Source of the DNA: Paracoccaceae bacterium
GTDB taxonomy: Bacteria; Pseudomonadota; Alphaproteobacteria; Rhodobacterales; Rhodobacteraceae
Direction of reading: 5' to 3'
Length of the DNA stretch: 64,000 nucleotides
Assembly: GCA_965263365.1 (NCBI GenBank)
Contig: OZ253672.1
Coordinates: 622,686 to 686,685 of the forward strand
Position numbers and translations under genes: made by a program. Shown here in pieces: positions 27,885-37,519 of this stretch. The notes beneath the pieces are model-generated. The model made no database searches. It worked only from the letters and a program-made list of their open reading frames with translations, and was not told the DNA's origin. Within the stretch, counting starts at the first letter, position 1, and each line of letters starts with the position of its first letter.

Positions 27885-28742
27885 ATGAATATTGAATGGA
27901 TTGAAACGTTTTTAGATGTGCTAGAAACCCAAAATTTTAACGATAGCGCAGAGCGTCTGGGGATTACACAGTCGACCGTCTCGCACCGTATTCAAAAGCT
28001 CGAAAATGTGTTGAATGTAAGGTTGTTTCAGCGCGGACGCAGTGGCGCCAATTTAACAATAGAAGGCAAGAGATTTGAAGCATTTGCGCGGACAATTCGC
28101 CATGACTGGAGCCAAGCGCTGAATGTCGTTCCCAAAAGCAGTGATTTTCGCTCGCGTTTGCGAATTGGTATTCAATATGATGTTGCAAAAATTGGGGCAG
28201 GAAAAATTTTAGAACTCCTGCGCACCCTATATTTAGATACGATGATTTATGTCGAGGTCGATTATTCGCGGCAAATTATGCGGGATATCGAACGCGGGGA
28301 TCTGGATTTTGCAATTGTTTACACGCCAAACGCGCGCGAAGATATTCATTGTGAAAGCTTAGGCTATATTGACTATGCGATGGTCTCGACAGCACCAGTT
28401 CATATTAATAGTATTGTTGCCGAAGACTATACGTTCCCAAATATCTCGCCCGCATTTTCTTATGCCCATCAGCAGGCTTTGCCTCATTTGGTTGATACGC
28501 CTCTCGAATGCGGTCAAAGCGATTCATTGTTTCAGTTTTTACGAGATTTGGGTGGCGCGAGCTATCTTGCCAAAAAATTTGCTCATGAAAAGGTTGCGGC
28601 GGGAGATGTGTATTGGGTAAAAGACGCGCCTCTACTGCGTGCCGAAGCGAATTTTGCCTGCCATGTCAAAAATCGTCAAAGGTTCAAAAATTCTAATTTA
28701 TCCACAAAAATACGCCAAGCGAGTGACATTTTCCAGGCTTAG
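27885..28742 (+). CDS. LysR family transcriptional regulator
   Basis: N-terminal wHTH (FLDVLETQNFNDSAERLGITQSTVSHRIQKLE) with a LysR substrate-binding-type C-terminus. It is divergent from the dehydrogenase/MttB operon. Confidence 0.9.
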   Translation: MNIEWIETFLDVLETQNFNDSAERLGITQSTVSHRIQKLENVLNVRLFQRGRSGANLTIEGKRFEAFARTIRHDWSQALNVVPKSSDFRSRLRIGIQYDVAKIGAGKILELLRTLYLDTMIYVEVDYSRQIMRDIERGDLDFAIVYTPNAREDIHCESLGYIDYAMVSTAPVHINSIVAEDYTFPNISPAFSYAHQQALPHLVDTPLECGQSDSLFQFLRDLGGASYLAKKFAHEKVAAGDVYWVKDAPLLRAEANFACHVKNRQRFKNSNLSTKIRQASDIFQA

Positions 28743-29060
28743 GCGTTTTCGTAGCACTGCCCTTTTCGCCTCTTCTTGGCTCACGCCTTTGTGTTTGCGC
28801 AGTTTAAAAAATGCCGACGCAAGCACGCCCGTTTTTTCATCACTTTGAGGATCCATGACTTTCACGATCCCCGCATTATCTCCTGCGGCCTTGAGTTCTG
28901 CATAGACATTTTCTGCGTTGCCCACGAGTATAATCTCTGCAAGGTCTGTTTGAGCCGCTTTCAGCGCGCCGGTTACGACGCGCTTATCTTCCCCTTCACA
29001 CAAAATGATACGCGCGCGCTTTTTTGTGGGGGCTGTTAGTATGCGATTGAGCGCGCTCAC
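28698..29060 (-). pseudogene. pta: truncated phosphate acetyltransferase (N-terminal ~100 codons only)
   Basis: ARIILCEGEDKRVVTGALKAAQ..LAEIILVG...FFKLRKHKGVSQEEA matches the Pta N-terminus, and the ORF sits 22 nt downstream of xsc, as in xsc-pta loci. The ORF is about one third of a normal PTA_PTB domain. Similarity ends near nt 28750, at the 3' end of the convergent LysR gene. Confidence 0.7.
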
Positions 29061-29081
29061 GTTTTTCTCCTAAGGATTGGG

Positions 29082-30848
29082 TTATTGTTCAATCATATCC
29101 TTAGCATCGATCCCCGCAACCTCAACTGGTTTTTTCATGGCATCGCGTCTGAAAGGCTCGCCAAGCTCTTGGTTAATCATGGCTTCAATCAGTGTTGTGA
29201 TGCCATTTTTCTGATCTTCCATAGCCTGCGTTATCGCATCTGTCAGCTCATCCATTGTCCGCGCAACCACGCCTTTGAGCCCACAAGCCTTCGCAATCCC
29301 CGCATAGCTCACTTGCGTATCAAGCTCTGTTCCCACAAAATTATCATCGAACCAAAGGGTTGAGTTGCGCTTTTCCGCACCCCATTGATAATTGCGGAAA
29401 ACAATTTGAGTAATCGCTGGCCACTCGCCACGACCAATCGCCGTCAACTCATTCACAGCAATCCCAAACGCGCCGTCACCTGCAAAGCCCACCACAGGAA
29501 CATCCGGACAGCCGATTTTCGCACCCACAATCGCAGGAAGCCCATATCCGCAAGGCCCAAATAACCCCGGCGCAAGATATTTTCGACCTTCTTCAAAACT
29601 AGGATAAGCGTTGCCAATAGCGCAGTTATTGCCGATATCTGAAGAGATAATGGCATTTTTAGGAAGTCCAGCTTGGATCGCACGCCACGCCATGCGCGGG
29701 CTCATCCAATCCGGTTTGTCAGCGCGGGCGCGTTCGTTCCAAGTTGTGCCGGGATCATCTTCCTCGTGATCCATAGACGAGAGTTGTTGCGCCCATTTTG
29801 ACTTGGCATCAGCAATTTTTTCCTTGCGGGCTTGGCGATTATGATCACCTGCGCTCGACGATAACTGTGCCAAAATACCCTTTGCAACTTTCTTAGCATC
29901 GCCAACAATGCCGACCGATACCTTCTTCGTTAATCCGATTCGGTCAGGATTAATGTCAACTTGGATAATTTTCGCATCCGAAGGCCAGTATTCCATCCCA
30001 TAACCCGGCAATGTCGAGAACGGATTAAGGCGCGTACCAAGACAAAGAACAACATCCGCATCCTTGATCAATTCCATCGCAGCCTTCGAACCATTATAAC
30101 CAAGAGGCCCGGCAAAAAGCGGATGAGACCCAGGGAAAGCATCATTGTGCTGATAACCAACGCAAACGGGGGCATCAAGACGCTCAGCAAGCGCCGCGCT
30201 ATCGCCAATCGCATCGGCTAAAACAACGCCAGCTCCATTGAGAATCACAGGATTTTTCGCAGTTGAGAGCATCTCAGCCGCCGCCGCAATCGAGTTTTCG
30301 CCGCCCGGTGAGACTTCAAACTCAATGGGATCTGGAATTTCAATATCAACAACTTGTGTCCAAAAATCGCGTGGAATATTAAGTTGCGCAGGGCCAGAAA
30401 GACGCTTGGCTTGAGAAATAACACGCGTCAAAACTTCAGCAACCCGCGTCGGATCGCGGACCTCTTCTTGATAAGCAACCATGTCCTCAAAGAGTTTCAT
30501 TTGCTCGACTTCTTGGAAGCCACCTTGACCAATGGTTTTGTTCGCGGCTTGAGGCGTAACAAGAAGTAAGGGCGTATGATTCCAATAAGCCGTTTTAACA
30601 GCCGTCACAAAATTTGTGATGCCAGGTCCATTTTGCGCAATCATCATCGACATCTTGCCCGTGGCGCGCGTGTAGCCATCAGACATCATCCCAGCCGAAC
30701 CTTCATGTGCACAATCCCAAAAGGTAATCCCCGCTTTGGGAAAAATATCGCTGATCGGCATCATCGCAGAGCCGATTATGCCAAAAGCATGCTGGATACC
30801 ATGGCGTTGTAAAACTTTTACAAAAGCTTCTTCAGTCGTCATCTTCAT
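29082..30848 (-). CDS. xsc: sulfoacetaldehyde acetyltransferase (ThDP-dependent)
   Basis: 588 aa with ThDP-enzyme architecture and the ThDP motif GDGAFG...N. The N-terminus MKMTTEEAFVKVLQRHGIQHAFGIIGSAMMPISD matches Xsc as recalled. It lies within a taurine gene cluster. Confidence 0.88.
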   Translation of the reverse strand: MKMTTEEAFVKVLQRHGIQHAFGIIGSAMMPISDIFPKAGITFWDCAHEGSAGMMSDGYTRATGKMSMMIAQNGPGITNFVTAVKTAYWNHTPLLLVTPQAANKTIGQGGFQEVEQMKLFEDMVAYQEEVRDPTRVAEVLTRVISQAKRLSGPAQLNIPRDFWTQVVDIEIPDPIEFEVSPGGENSIAAAAEMLSTAKNPVILNGAGVVLADAIGDSAALAERLDAPVCVGYQHNDAFPGSHPLFAGPLGYNGSKAAMELIKDADVVLCLGTRLNPFSTLPGYGMEYWPSDAKIIQVDINPDRIGLTKKVSVGIVGDAKKVAKGILAQLSSSAGDHNRQARKEKIADAKSKWAQQLSSMDHEEDDPGTTWNERARADKPDWMSPRMAWRAIQAGLPKNAIISSDIGNNCAIGNAYPSFEEGRKYLAPGLFGPCGYGLPAIVGAKIGCPDVPVVGFAGDGAFGIAVNELTAIGRGEWPAITQIVFRNYQWGAEKRNSTLWFDDNFVGTELDTQVSYAGIAKACGLKGVVARTMDELTDAITQAMEDQKNGITTLIEAMINQELGEPFRRDAMKKPVEVAGIDAKDMIEQ

Positions 30849-30938
30849 TGCAAAATCTCCAAAATTAAGGGGTCGGAATTATCGCTATTTGAATTAGGTT
30901 CTGGTGTGAATGCAATAAAAAACATAGGGCCAAATTTA

Positions 30939-32423
30939 TTATTGTATATGTCCAGATTTGTGCGCATTTATGGAATGACTTAAGATAGAAATCCCTTCGT
31001 CAATTTTAGACGCATCGACGGAAGAAAATCCTAATCTGTAAAAGTTCTTTGGCGCATTAATTGGATCGAAGAACGGTTCTCCCGCTTCAATAAATACACC
31101 GCGTTCTAGGAGATTTTCTGCAAGAGTGGTTGTGTTGATTTTAGGATCAGTTTTCATCCAAAAACTTGATCCTCCTTGCACGCTTTCATTCGCAAATGAA
31201 AGGTTGTGTCTTTGAATGGCCTTACGCATAATTTTATTTCTGTCATTATTCACTCTCGCAATGTGTTTAAGTTGGCGATCAAAATATCCCATCGATATGA
31301 AATATCCGGCAGTTCGTTGTGCATGCGGCGATGGGCTGCGTAAAACTTGATAGCGAAGTGCGCGCGCTTGAGAGATAATTTTTGGACTGGCGATCATAAA
31401 CCCGAGACGAAGCCCGGGAAAGAGTGATTTTGAAAACGAGCCTACATAAATGACATGCCCCTTTGGATCGATCGATTTTAGTGCTGGAAATTGGCTCGGA
31501 TTGGCTTGGCTTTCGAATTCGTAGTCATCCTCGATGATCATAAACTTTTCTTTTTGGGCGAGCGCGATTAAACTTTGGCGCCTATCGAGAGCAAGCTTAA
31601 CATTGGTAGGGCTTTGGAAGCTTGGAGTGGTAAAGACGACATTTGTGTCTTTTGGAATTTCATCAACTCTCATGCCAGCACTATCAACGGGAATAGGTTT
31701 AATTTTGCATTCATTGAAAGTGAGCATTTCCCTGAGCAAGGGATAACAGGGGTTCTCTATTGCCGCGGTCTTTTGTTTATTGAGCAATAGTTCTGCACAA
31801 ATCCAAAGTGCATTTTGAGCGCCCAAGGTGATCAAAATTTCGTCTGGTTTTGCGAAGATGCCTTGGCGAGGTAATAAAATATCGGTGAGACATTCAATCA
31901 ATAAAGGGTCGTCTTCTTTGTAAGTGTCGAGAATAAGGTGATCGAAATCTTTTCTTCCGAGCGCTTCTAAGGAACATTGTCGCCAACGATAGTGATCGAT
32001 TAAGCTCGTATCAGCTTGCCCATAAATAAAACAATAGGGTAAGTCTCGCCAGTTTTGGGGGCGTTTAATTTTGGCGGAGAAATGAGCATAATCTCGATTG
32101 ATCTCGGGTAAAAATTGCTGAGCTTTTGGCCGATCTAGTTCTTTTGGAATTTGTAAATGTGCAATACTTGCATCAGAGATATAAAATCCGGATCGTGCTT
32201 TAGAAAATATCGCACCGACTGCTGCGAGCTCTGAATAGGCATGAGAAACAGTGATCCGACTAATGCCAAGATGCTGCGCAAGAGCGCGGCTTGAAGGAAG
32301 CTTTGAAAGTGGTTTGATGCGCCCTTTTTCAACGCCCGAAATAACGCAGATCTGGATCTGTTTTTGTAGGTTCAAACGCGACGTCTTGTCGATTGAAAAT
32401 GCCGCATAAGATACACGTTTCAC
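30939..32423 (-). CDS. tauR: MocR/GntR-type regulator with aminotransferase-like domain (TauR-like)
   Basis: N-terminal GntR wHTH (LPSSRALAQHLGISRITVSHAYSEL) with a fold-type-I aminotransferase-like C-terminal domain (SFSKSLFPGLRLG). GTG start with an AGGAG RBS. It is located between tpa and xsc. Confidence 0.78.
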   Translation of the reverse strand: MKRVSYAAFSIDKTSRLNLQKQIQICVISGVEKGRIKPLSKLPSSRALAQHLGISRITVSHAYSELAAVGAIFSKARSGFYISDASIAHLQIPKELDRPKAQQFLPEINRDYAHFSAKIKRPQNWRDLPYCFIYGQADTSLIDHYRWRQCSLEALGRKDFDHLILDTYKEDDPLLIECLTDILLPRQGIFAKPDEILITLGAQNALWICAELLLNKQKTAAIENPCYPLLREMLTFNECKIKPIPVDSAGMRVDEIPKDTNVVFTTPSFQSPTNVKLALDRRQSLIALAQKEKFMIIEDDYEFESQANPSQFPALKSIDPKGHVIYVGSFSKSLFPGLRLGFMIASPKIISQARALRYQVLRSPSPHAQRTAGYFISMGYFDRQLKHIARVNNDRNKIMRKAIQRHNLSFANESVQGGSSFWMKTDPKINTTTLAENLLERGVFIEAGEPFFDPINAPKNFYRLGFSSVDASKIDEGISILSHSINAHKSGHIQ

Positions 32424-32683
32424 GTTCGCTCCTGTATAAGTTCACTTCTATAGTTTTACCAGGTTTAGATAGCTAACGAGAAGCTATTGCTTTTATTCGT
32501 CGTAGTAAAGTGCCATCATGTGCCGGGTTTTTCAAATCAGCACCCGAGCGAAACATGTGCGCCAGTCATGGCAAAATAAAACGCCATGATCAAAGGGCCT
32601 TAGGTCATTATAATTGGTGCATATAATCAGCGACAGATTCTCGCTTAACTTTAGAATTGACAATCCGTGGTTATATTTGTCTT

Positions 32684-34069
32684 TTAATTATGGACCTCGC
32701 TCAATGCAACATCAACAGCTTCTGTAATTTGATCAATTTGATCGCTGTTTGCAATTAGTGCAGGCGAAAAACACAATGTGTTATTATATTGACCGAGCGA
32801 ACGATTTGTCGCTCCAATGATAACACCTTGTGCGTTACAAGACCCTATGATTTGTTGCACGACTTTTTCGTGTACAGGTTCTTTTGTTTCCCGATCTACG
32901 ACAAGTTCTAAGCCGTTAAAAAGGCCTTTACCACGTACGTCACCAATCATCTTGTGCTTGTCTTTCAGAGCGTTAAGCCCGTCCATAAAATAGTCGCCCA
33001 TCTTGATGGTGTTTTCAATGAGTCCTTCTTCTTCAATAATGTTCATATTTTCGATCGCTGCCACGGGGCCAGATGTGCATCCCCCAAAGGTCGAAATATC
33101 TCGGAAATATGAAAGTGGATCCGAAGGGTTTTCTTTGAACATATCAAAAACTTTATCTGTGGTAACCATGCACGAAATGGCAGCATATCCTGAGGCAACT
33201 CCTTTCGCCATGGTCACAAAATCAGGTTCTATGCCAAAGTGTTGGTAGCCAAACCACTTACCCGTTCGACCAAGGCCGCATACGACTTCATCGATATGAA
33301 TAAGAATGTCATATTTGCGGCATATCTCTTGAACGCGTGGCCAATAGGAGTCAGGCGGCACAATCACGCCGCCACCAGCTGTGATCGGCTCCAAGCAAAT
33401 CGCCCCAATCGTGTCAGGACCTTCGCGCAAAATAACGTCTTCGATGGCGTTCGCTGCCGCGATTCCATAGTCAGTTTCGTTCGGAAATTGGTTTCGATAT
33501 TCAAGACAATGGGGGACTTGCACAAAACCATCAACGAAAGGCCCATATTGTGCATTGCGTTCCGGATGCCCTCCCGCCGATAAGCACGCAATCGTGGTGC
33601 CGTGATAATCGCGTTCGCGGTATAATATCTTTCCCTTTTTTCCGCCGTGAACTTGGTGTGAAAGTTGACGGATGATTTTAAAGACCTTCTCATTAGCTTC
33701 TGAACCTGAATTAGAATAATAAACACGACTCATGCCGGGCATTTTTTCTAGCAATCTTTGCGCAAATTCCGCGCCCGGAATGGAACCGACAGCGCCCGCA
33801 AAATAGTTCAGCTTGACGAGCTGATCGCGAACAGCGTCCGCGATGCGTTTTCTGCCATATCCAACATTAACCGTCCAAACACCGCCCGAAACAGCATCAA
33901 GGTGCTCTTTGCCGTTGATGTCCCAAACATTCATGCCCTTACCTTCAACGATAATGCGTGGATCTGCACCGCTAAAAAACGGTGCGTGTTGGGTCAAGTG
34001 ATGCCAGACATGCGCACGGTCGAGCTCGGTGATGTGTGTCATGTCGTTCACGGGGTTTGGATGGTTCAT
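32684..34069 (-). CDS. tpa: taurine--pyruvate aminotransferase (class III aminotransferase)
   Basis: 461 aa. SGGVWTVNVGYGR, IHIDEVVCGLGRTG and TMAKG (PLP lysine) are present. It is divergent from tauABC. Confidence 0.82.
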   Translation of the reverse strand: MNHPNPVNDMTHITELDRAHVWHHLTQHAPFFSGADPRIIVEGKGMNVWDINGKEHLDAVSGGVWTVNVGYGRKRIADAVRDQLVKLNYFAGAVGSIPGAEFAQRLLEKMPGMSRVYYSNSGSEANEKVFKIIRQLSHQVHGGKKGKILYRERDYHGTTIACLSAGGHPERNAQYGPFVDGFVQVPHCLEYRNQFPNETDYGIAAANAIEDVILREGPDTIGAICLEPITAGGGVIVPPDSYWPRVQEICRKYDILIHIDEVVCGLGRTGKWFGYQHFGIEPDFVTMAKGVASGYAAISCMVTTDKVFDMFKENPSDPLSYFRDISTFGGCTSGPVAAIENMNIIEEEGLIENTIKMGDYFMDGLNALKDKHKMIGDVRGKGLFNGLELVVDRETKEPVHEKVVQQIIGSCNAQGVIIGATNRSLGQYNNTLCFSPALIANSDQIDQITEAVDVALSEVHN

Positions 34070-34381
34070 GCAAGGTTCCTTAACTTAGTGAGGTCGAATT
34101 CTCGTTCTAAAATTTATAGCTTTGCGCGCTAATATTTATAGGGCCAGTTTTTTGATAAGTATATATCCAAAATGGTAAGTTATGTAACATATTTTCGAGC
34201 GTACGGATAATGTTTTATTTGCGGTTGAAGAAGTCTTTTAGCGAAATTGTTTGACATATGTTTTTTTATACTCTCATTATAGTCAACAAGGCTTGTTGTA
34301 TTATCAGCAACAGCTGTTCTTTTATTCGATAAGCGTAACTTTGAAGAATAATATAAGAAGTATAATTAACGGAGTGAAAAC

Positions 34382-35380
34382 ATGAAATTAATCACAAAAT
34401 TATCGATCGGTGCGGCGGCGCTTGCTGGTGTGATGTCGGCTCATTCTGCAAATGCAGAAGAGTTGAATGTTGCCTATTTCTTGGAGTGGCCGATGCCGTT
34501 TCAGTATGCGAAAGTTATGAAAACATATGACGAAGCGCTCGGCATGGATGTCAACTGGGTTGCCTTTGATACGGGAACGGCAATGTCAGCGGCGATGGCT
34601 TCGGGTGATGTGCACATTTCGGTTTCTCAAGGTGTTCCGCCTTTTGTTGTTGCGGCTTCTGGCGGACAGGATCTTCAGATTATGGACGTTGCGGTGAGTT
34701 ATTCTGAAAATGACAACTGCGTGGTCGCAAGCGCACTTGAAATCGACAAAGACAATGCGGGTGAACTCGCCGGTAAAAAAGTAGGTGTTCCGCTTGGTAC
34801 GGCTGCGCATTATGGATTTTTGTCTCAGATGGCGCATTTTGGTGTTGATGTAGGTTCAATGGAAGTTGTGGATATGGCGCCGGCAGAAGGCGCGGCGGCA
34901 TTTGAACAAGGTAGCCTGGACATGGTATGTGGTTGGGGCGGTGCGCTTGTTCGTATGAAAGAAAACGGCAATGTCTTATTGACGGGCGCTGAAAAAGAAG
35001 AACTGGGCATTCTTGTGTTTGATGTGACGTCTGCGCCAGCAGCCTGGGCTGCAGAAAATGCCGAGACGATTTCTAAATTCCTTAAAGTGACTGCTGATGC
35101 GAATGCGATGTGGGCAGCTGGCGATAAACGCGACGAAATGTTGTCAGTCATTGCAGAAGACGCAGGAATGGAACTAGATGCTGCGGCTGGTTCAATTGAT
35201 ACTTTCGTATTCCCAACCATTGAAGAGCAGCTTTCTGAAAAATGGCTCGGTGGTGGCGCACAAAGCTTCATGCTGGGCGTTGCTGAGGTATTTGCGGAAG
35301 CCGGATCAATCGAGGGCGCGCTTGAATCTTACGAAGGAAATGTGGATGCAAGCTATCTTGAAGCAGCGGGCAGCATGTAA
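34382..35380 (+). CDS. tauA: taurine ABC transporter substrate-binding protein
   Basis: Signal peptide (ALAGVMSAHSANA) and an NMT1/sulfonate-binding-type sequence (LNVAYFLEWPMP...). It is the first gene of the tauABC order. Confidence 0.82.
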   Translation: MKLITKLSIGAAALAGVMSAHSANAEELNVAYFLEWPMPFQYAKVMKTYDEALGMDVNWVAFDTGTAMSAAMASGDVHISVSQGVPPFVVAASGGQDLQIMDVAVSYSENDNCVVASALEIDKDNAGELAGKKVGVPLGTAAHYGFLSQMAHFGVDVGSMEVVDMAPAEGAAAFEQGSLDMVCGWGGALVRMKENGNVLLTGAEKEELGILVFDVTSAPAAWAAENAETISKFLKVTADANAMWAAGDKRDEMLSVIAEDAGMELDAAAGSIDTFVFPTIEEQLSEKWLGGGAQSFMLGVAEVFAEAGSIEGALESYEGNVDASYLEAAGSM

Positions 35381-35444
35381 GCCTAAGCTCAAACTCTGGG
35401 CGGCTTTGGCCGCCCTTACTTTTATATGTTAATCGAAAGAAAAT

Positions 35445-36248
35445 ATGCCGCGACTTGAAATTGATAATTTGTCTATGCGCTTTGATTTGCCTGATGGAGG
35501 TAGTGTGCAAGCGCTCCAAGATGTTTCCCTGTCAATCAATAAAGGGGAGATATTATCTGTTCTTGGCCCTTCGGGTTGTGGAAAAACGACCCTACTTAAT
35601 ATCATAGCAGGTTTTCTTGCTCCCACATCGGGTGAAATTCGTCTTAATGAGCAAAAAGTGACAGGGCCGAGCGCAGAGCGCGGAATGGTGTTTCAGCAAG
35701 GCGCATTATTTGAATGGATGAGCGTGCGCGAAAATGTAGGATTTGGGCCGAAAATGAAAGGCACAAATTTGCGAGATCGCAGCATCGTTGTCGATAATTT
35801 GCTTGATACAGTTGGTTTGCAAGACTTTAAGGAAAAGGCTGTTTATGAACTTTCCGGTGGCATGCAGCAGCGGGTCGCCTTAGCACGCTGTCTCGCCAAT
35901 GATCCCGATGTGATTTTGATGGATGAGCCACTGGGTGCGCTCGATGCGTTAACGCGACAAAAAATGCAAGGTCTGGTTCTTAAGCTATGGAAAGAAACAG
36001 GTAAGACCGTAATATTGATTACACATTCTGTCGAGGAGGCATTGTTATTGGGCGAACGCTTGATCGTCATGGCACCGCGCCCAGGTCGTATTCATAAAGA
36101 ATATCAATTACCTTTTGCAGAATTGGGCGTGGATGCGGACTTGCGCGAAGTTAAAAATAGCAATGGTTTTGGCGAAACACGTGATGAAATTCTTAACATG
36201 ATTTGGGATATGGAAGAAGAAATAATGGGCGGGGAGGCGAGCACATGA
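35445..36248 (+). CDS. tauB: taurine ABC transporter ATP-binding protein
   Basis: Walker A GPSGCGKTT, signature LSGGMQQRVALAR, and Walker B ILMDEP. Confidence 0.92.
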   Translation: MPRLEIDNLSMRFDLPDGGSVQALQDVSLSINKGEILSVLGPSGCGKTTLLNIIAGFLAPTSGEIRLNEQKVTGPSAERGMVFQQGALFEWMSVRENVGFGPKMKGTNLRDRSIVVDNLLDTVGLQDFKEKAVYELSGGMQQRVALARCLANDPDVILMDEPLGALDALTRQKMQGLVLKLWKETGKTVILITHSVEEALLLGERLIVMAPRPGRIHKEYQLPFAELGVDADLREVKNSNGFGETRDEILNMIWDMEEEIMGGEAST

Positions 36249-37519
36249 CCGGCATTTCGATTCTTATTGGTTACGCTCTTCTCTTTACAATTTGTTTTTT
36301 GATTGTTCGTGTGCTTCGCAACCGCATGACACGCACGCGACACTATAGCTCGCTAAAAACGGTTACTTTTGGAGATGAAAGTGCAGTGAAGCCAGATCGC
36401 TGGGCGTCTATTCTGTCTGTTCTCGTCATATTTTTAATCTGGGGTGTTTTTACAAATTCGAAGTTGGTTCCTTTTCACGTTCCGGGGCCTTTTGTCGGGG
36501 ATGAGAGTTTTACTTATACTGCAGAAAATGCGCAGGGCGACCGCGATCAGGCCACAGTTTTTGTTCGTGTTCATGAAAAAAATACGGAGGCAGATCTGCC
36601 TGAAATGGGGTCTAGTGATGGTTTTGCGAAAGATGATGCTTTGCTCGTTCAAGTTTGGCGTTCGCAGCTACTGAAGGCACAAGATAATGATCAGGGTGGC
36701 GACATCGACGGATATAAGATTGTCGAAGTGAATGGCGAAAGCATTGCGCCTGAGCAAAGCGTAAGTACTCCATTTGGACGTGTGTTTTTGACTGCCAAGG
36801 GCACAATAAATTTTACACCCAAAGCCGGCTTGCAAATGCAGCCCCTTTACCTACCATCGCCGGAAGCCGTCGGAGCGCGTTTTGTTGATCTTGTTCAAAA
36901 CGGATATAAAAATATCTCTCTTGGACGTCACGTTTGGATATCACTTGAACGTGTCTTGAAGGGCTTTTTCTTCGGGGCATTGTTGGGGATTCCGCTGGGA
37001 TATGCGATGGGTCTTGCAAATTGGCCGCGAGGTTGGTTCGACCCGATTGTGGAATTCATGCGACCTGTACCACCACTTGCTTTGATTCCACTTGTAATTA
37101 TTTGGTTTGGAATTGGTGAAAATGGCAAAGTTGTATTGCTATTTCTTGCTGCACTTTGGATTATGGCGATTGCCGCGCGCGCAGGTGTTGCGGGGGTGAA
37201 TATAAGTAAAATTCGTGCCGCGTATTCCTTGGGCGCTTCTAAGCCGCAGATTATGCGACATATTATCGTCCCGAACTCGCTGCCTGAAATTTTTACTGGT
37301 GCGCGCGTTGCAATGGGTGTTTGTTGGGGGACGGTGGTTGCCGCGGAACTGGTGGCAGCCTCCGAAGGTGTTGGTATGATGATCATGAGTGCAGCAAAAT
37401 TCTCTCAAACAGATATCGTAATTGTGGGCATTGTGTTAATTGGTATCATCGGTTTTAGCATTGATGTGTTGATGCGAATTGTTGAAAATCGATTGGTTCC
37501 TTGGAAGGGCCGTAGCTAA
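36245..37519 (+). CDS. tauC: taurine ABC transporter permease with extra N-terminal TM and ~120-aa extracytoplasmic insert
   Basis: The C-terminal ~225 aa align by eye along their length with E. coli TauC as recalled (LPSP..V, RPVPPLALIPLVIIWFGIGE, AAYSLGAS, LPEIFTGARVAMGVCWGTVVAAEL, LVPW). ATG 36245 overlaps the tauB stop (ATGA). The insert at about 36476..36841 has no counterpart in canonical TauC. Confidence 0.85.
   Translation: MTGISILIGYALLFTICFLIVRVLRNRMTRTRHYSSLKTVTFGDESAVKPDRWASILSVLVIFLIWGVFTNSKLVPFHVPGPFVGDESFTYTAENAQGDRDQATVFVRVHEKNTEADLPEMGSSDGFAKDDALLVQVWRSQLLKAQDNDQGGDIDGYKIVEVNGESIAPEQSVSTPFGRVFLTAKGTINFTPKAGLQMQPLYLPSPEAVGARFVDLVQNGYKNISLGRHVWISLERVLKGFFFGALLGIPLGYAMGLANWPRGWFDPIVEFMRPVPPLALIPLVIIWFGIGENGKVVLLFLAALWIMAIAARAGVAGVNISKIRAAYSLGASKPQIMRHIIVPNSLPEIFTGARVAMGVCWGTVVAAELVAASEGVGMMIMSAAKFSQTDIVIVGIVLIGIIGFSIDVLMRIVENRLVPWKGRS

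Noticed and set aside
34825-37386. Antisense ORFs of 148 aa and 152 aa inside tauA and tauC (34825..35271, 36928..37386), plus several shorter ones.
   Set aside because: The sense-strand genes have clear family signatures. The antisense products are Ala/Ser/Pro-rich shadow frames.
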